The notes under the pieces are model-generated. The model saw nothing but the letters and a program-made list of their open reading frames with translations, did no database searches and was not told where the DNA came from. Below are positions 16,696 through 16,992 of a stretch of 16,992 nt of DNA, in pieces (positions within the stretch are counted from its first letter, which is position 1; every line of letters starts with the position of its first letter). Location: the NCBI GenBank assembly GCA_041498975.1, contig JBGQJI010000042.1, positions 1 to 16,992 on the forward strand, in the 5' to 3' direction. Source of the DNA: Candidatus Methylomirabilis sp. (GTDB taxonomy: Bacteria; Methylomirabilota; Methylomirabilia; Methylomirabilales; Methylomirabilaceae). A program made the position numbers and the translations under genes.

Positions 16696-16992
16696 TCCTC
16701 CTGCAGCAGAGCTTTCACGTCCTGGCGGAGCCGCTGGAGAGAGTCCAAGTCGGTGCTGTCGTAGTAGTTGCGAATTCGCGCCTTCCGGTCAACGAGCACA
16801 AACCTGGAGCTGTGCAGTACCGTGATGCCCCGCGCCCCTTCACTCGCCATCGCTGTCCCAGGTTCGAGAACCCCGGCCTTGTTTCTTGGATCAAGGATGG
16901 GTAGCCGCAGGCCCTCCTGAGCAAGACGATAGATCGCCTCTTTCTCTCCAGTAAGGAAGAGCCACCGTACGTGGTCGGCCTTGAAGCGGTCA
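16692..16992 (-). CDS. SCO1/SenC family copper chaperone, C-terminal part (5' end outside window)
   Basis: Hand translation: DRFKADHVRWLFLTGEKEAIYRLAQEGL...VLHSSRFVLVDRKARIRNYYDSTD...LRQDVKALLQEE*. Contains the WxFLTG and HSxxFxLVD motifs. Confidence 0.85.
   Translation of the reverse strand, partial: DRFKADHVRWLFLTGEKEAIYRLAQEGLRLPILDPRNKAGVLEPGTAMASEGARGITVLHSSRFVLVDRKARIRNYYDSTDLDSLQRLRQDVKALLQEE

Overview
High-GC bacterial chromosomal window. The gene content resembles Methylomirabilota/NC10-like lineages, but that is only an impression. From left to right: (1) the 5' ~2.1 kb of a class II (B12-dependent) ribonucleotide reductase nrdJ on the minus strand, which runs off the window and is therefore missing from the ORF track. 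(2) A more AT-rich ~3 kb insert of two minus-strand genes, an AIPR-family anti-phage gene and a DUF6414-like gene broken by one in-frame TAA, each followed by a degenerate integron attC-like site, with no integrase in view. (3) Directly upstream of that insert, a tandem pair of NrdR boxes 32 bp apart beside a TTGACA hexamer. This suggests the cassettes landed between nrdJ and its NrdR-controlled promoter. (4) A palindromic REP-like element and an unusual 7Fe ferredoxin fused through a long Ala/Pro linker to a membrane anchor. (5) A TPR membrane protein, two small membrane proteins and a membrane-anchored Mrr-fold protein with a degenerate active site. (6) A five-gene operon: tandem USP + three PCP_red-like domains + rubredoxin-like domain, membrane protein, Mrp/NBP35 Fe-S carrier, Zn-ribbon/PCP_red protein, CopD-like protein. 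(7) DUF983, thiO, a small Cys-rich protein behind a sigma54-like promoter, DUF420 and the 3' end of a SCO gene. All family assignments come from motif recognition by eye; no database searches were run.
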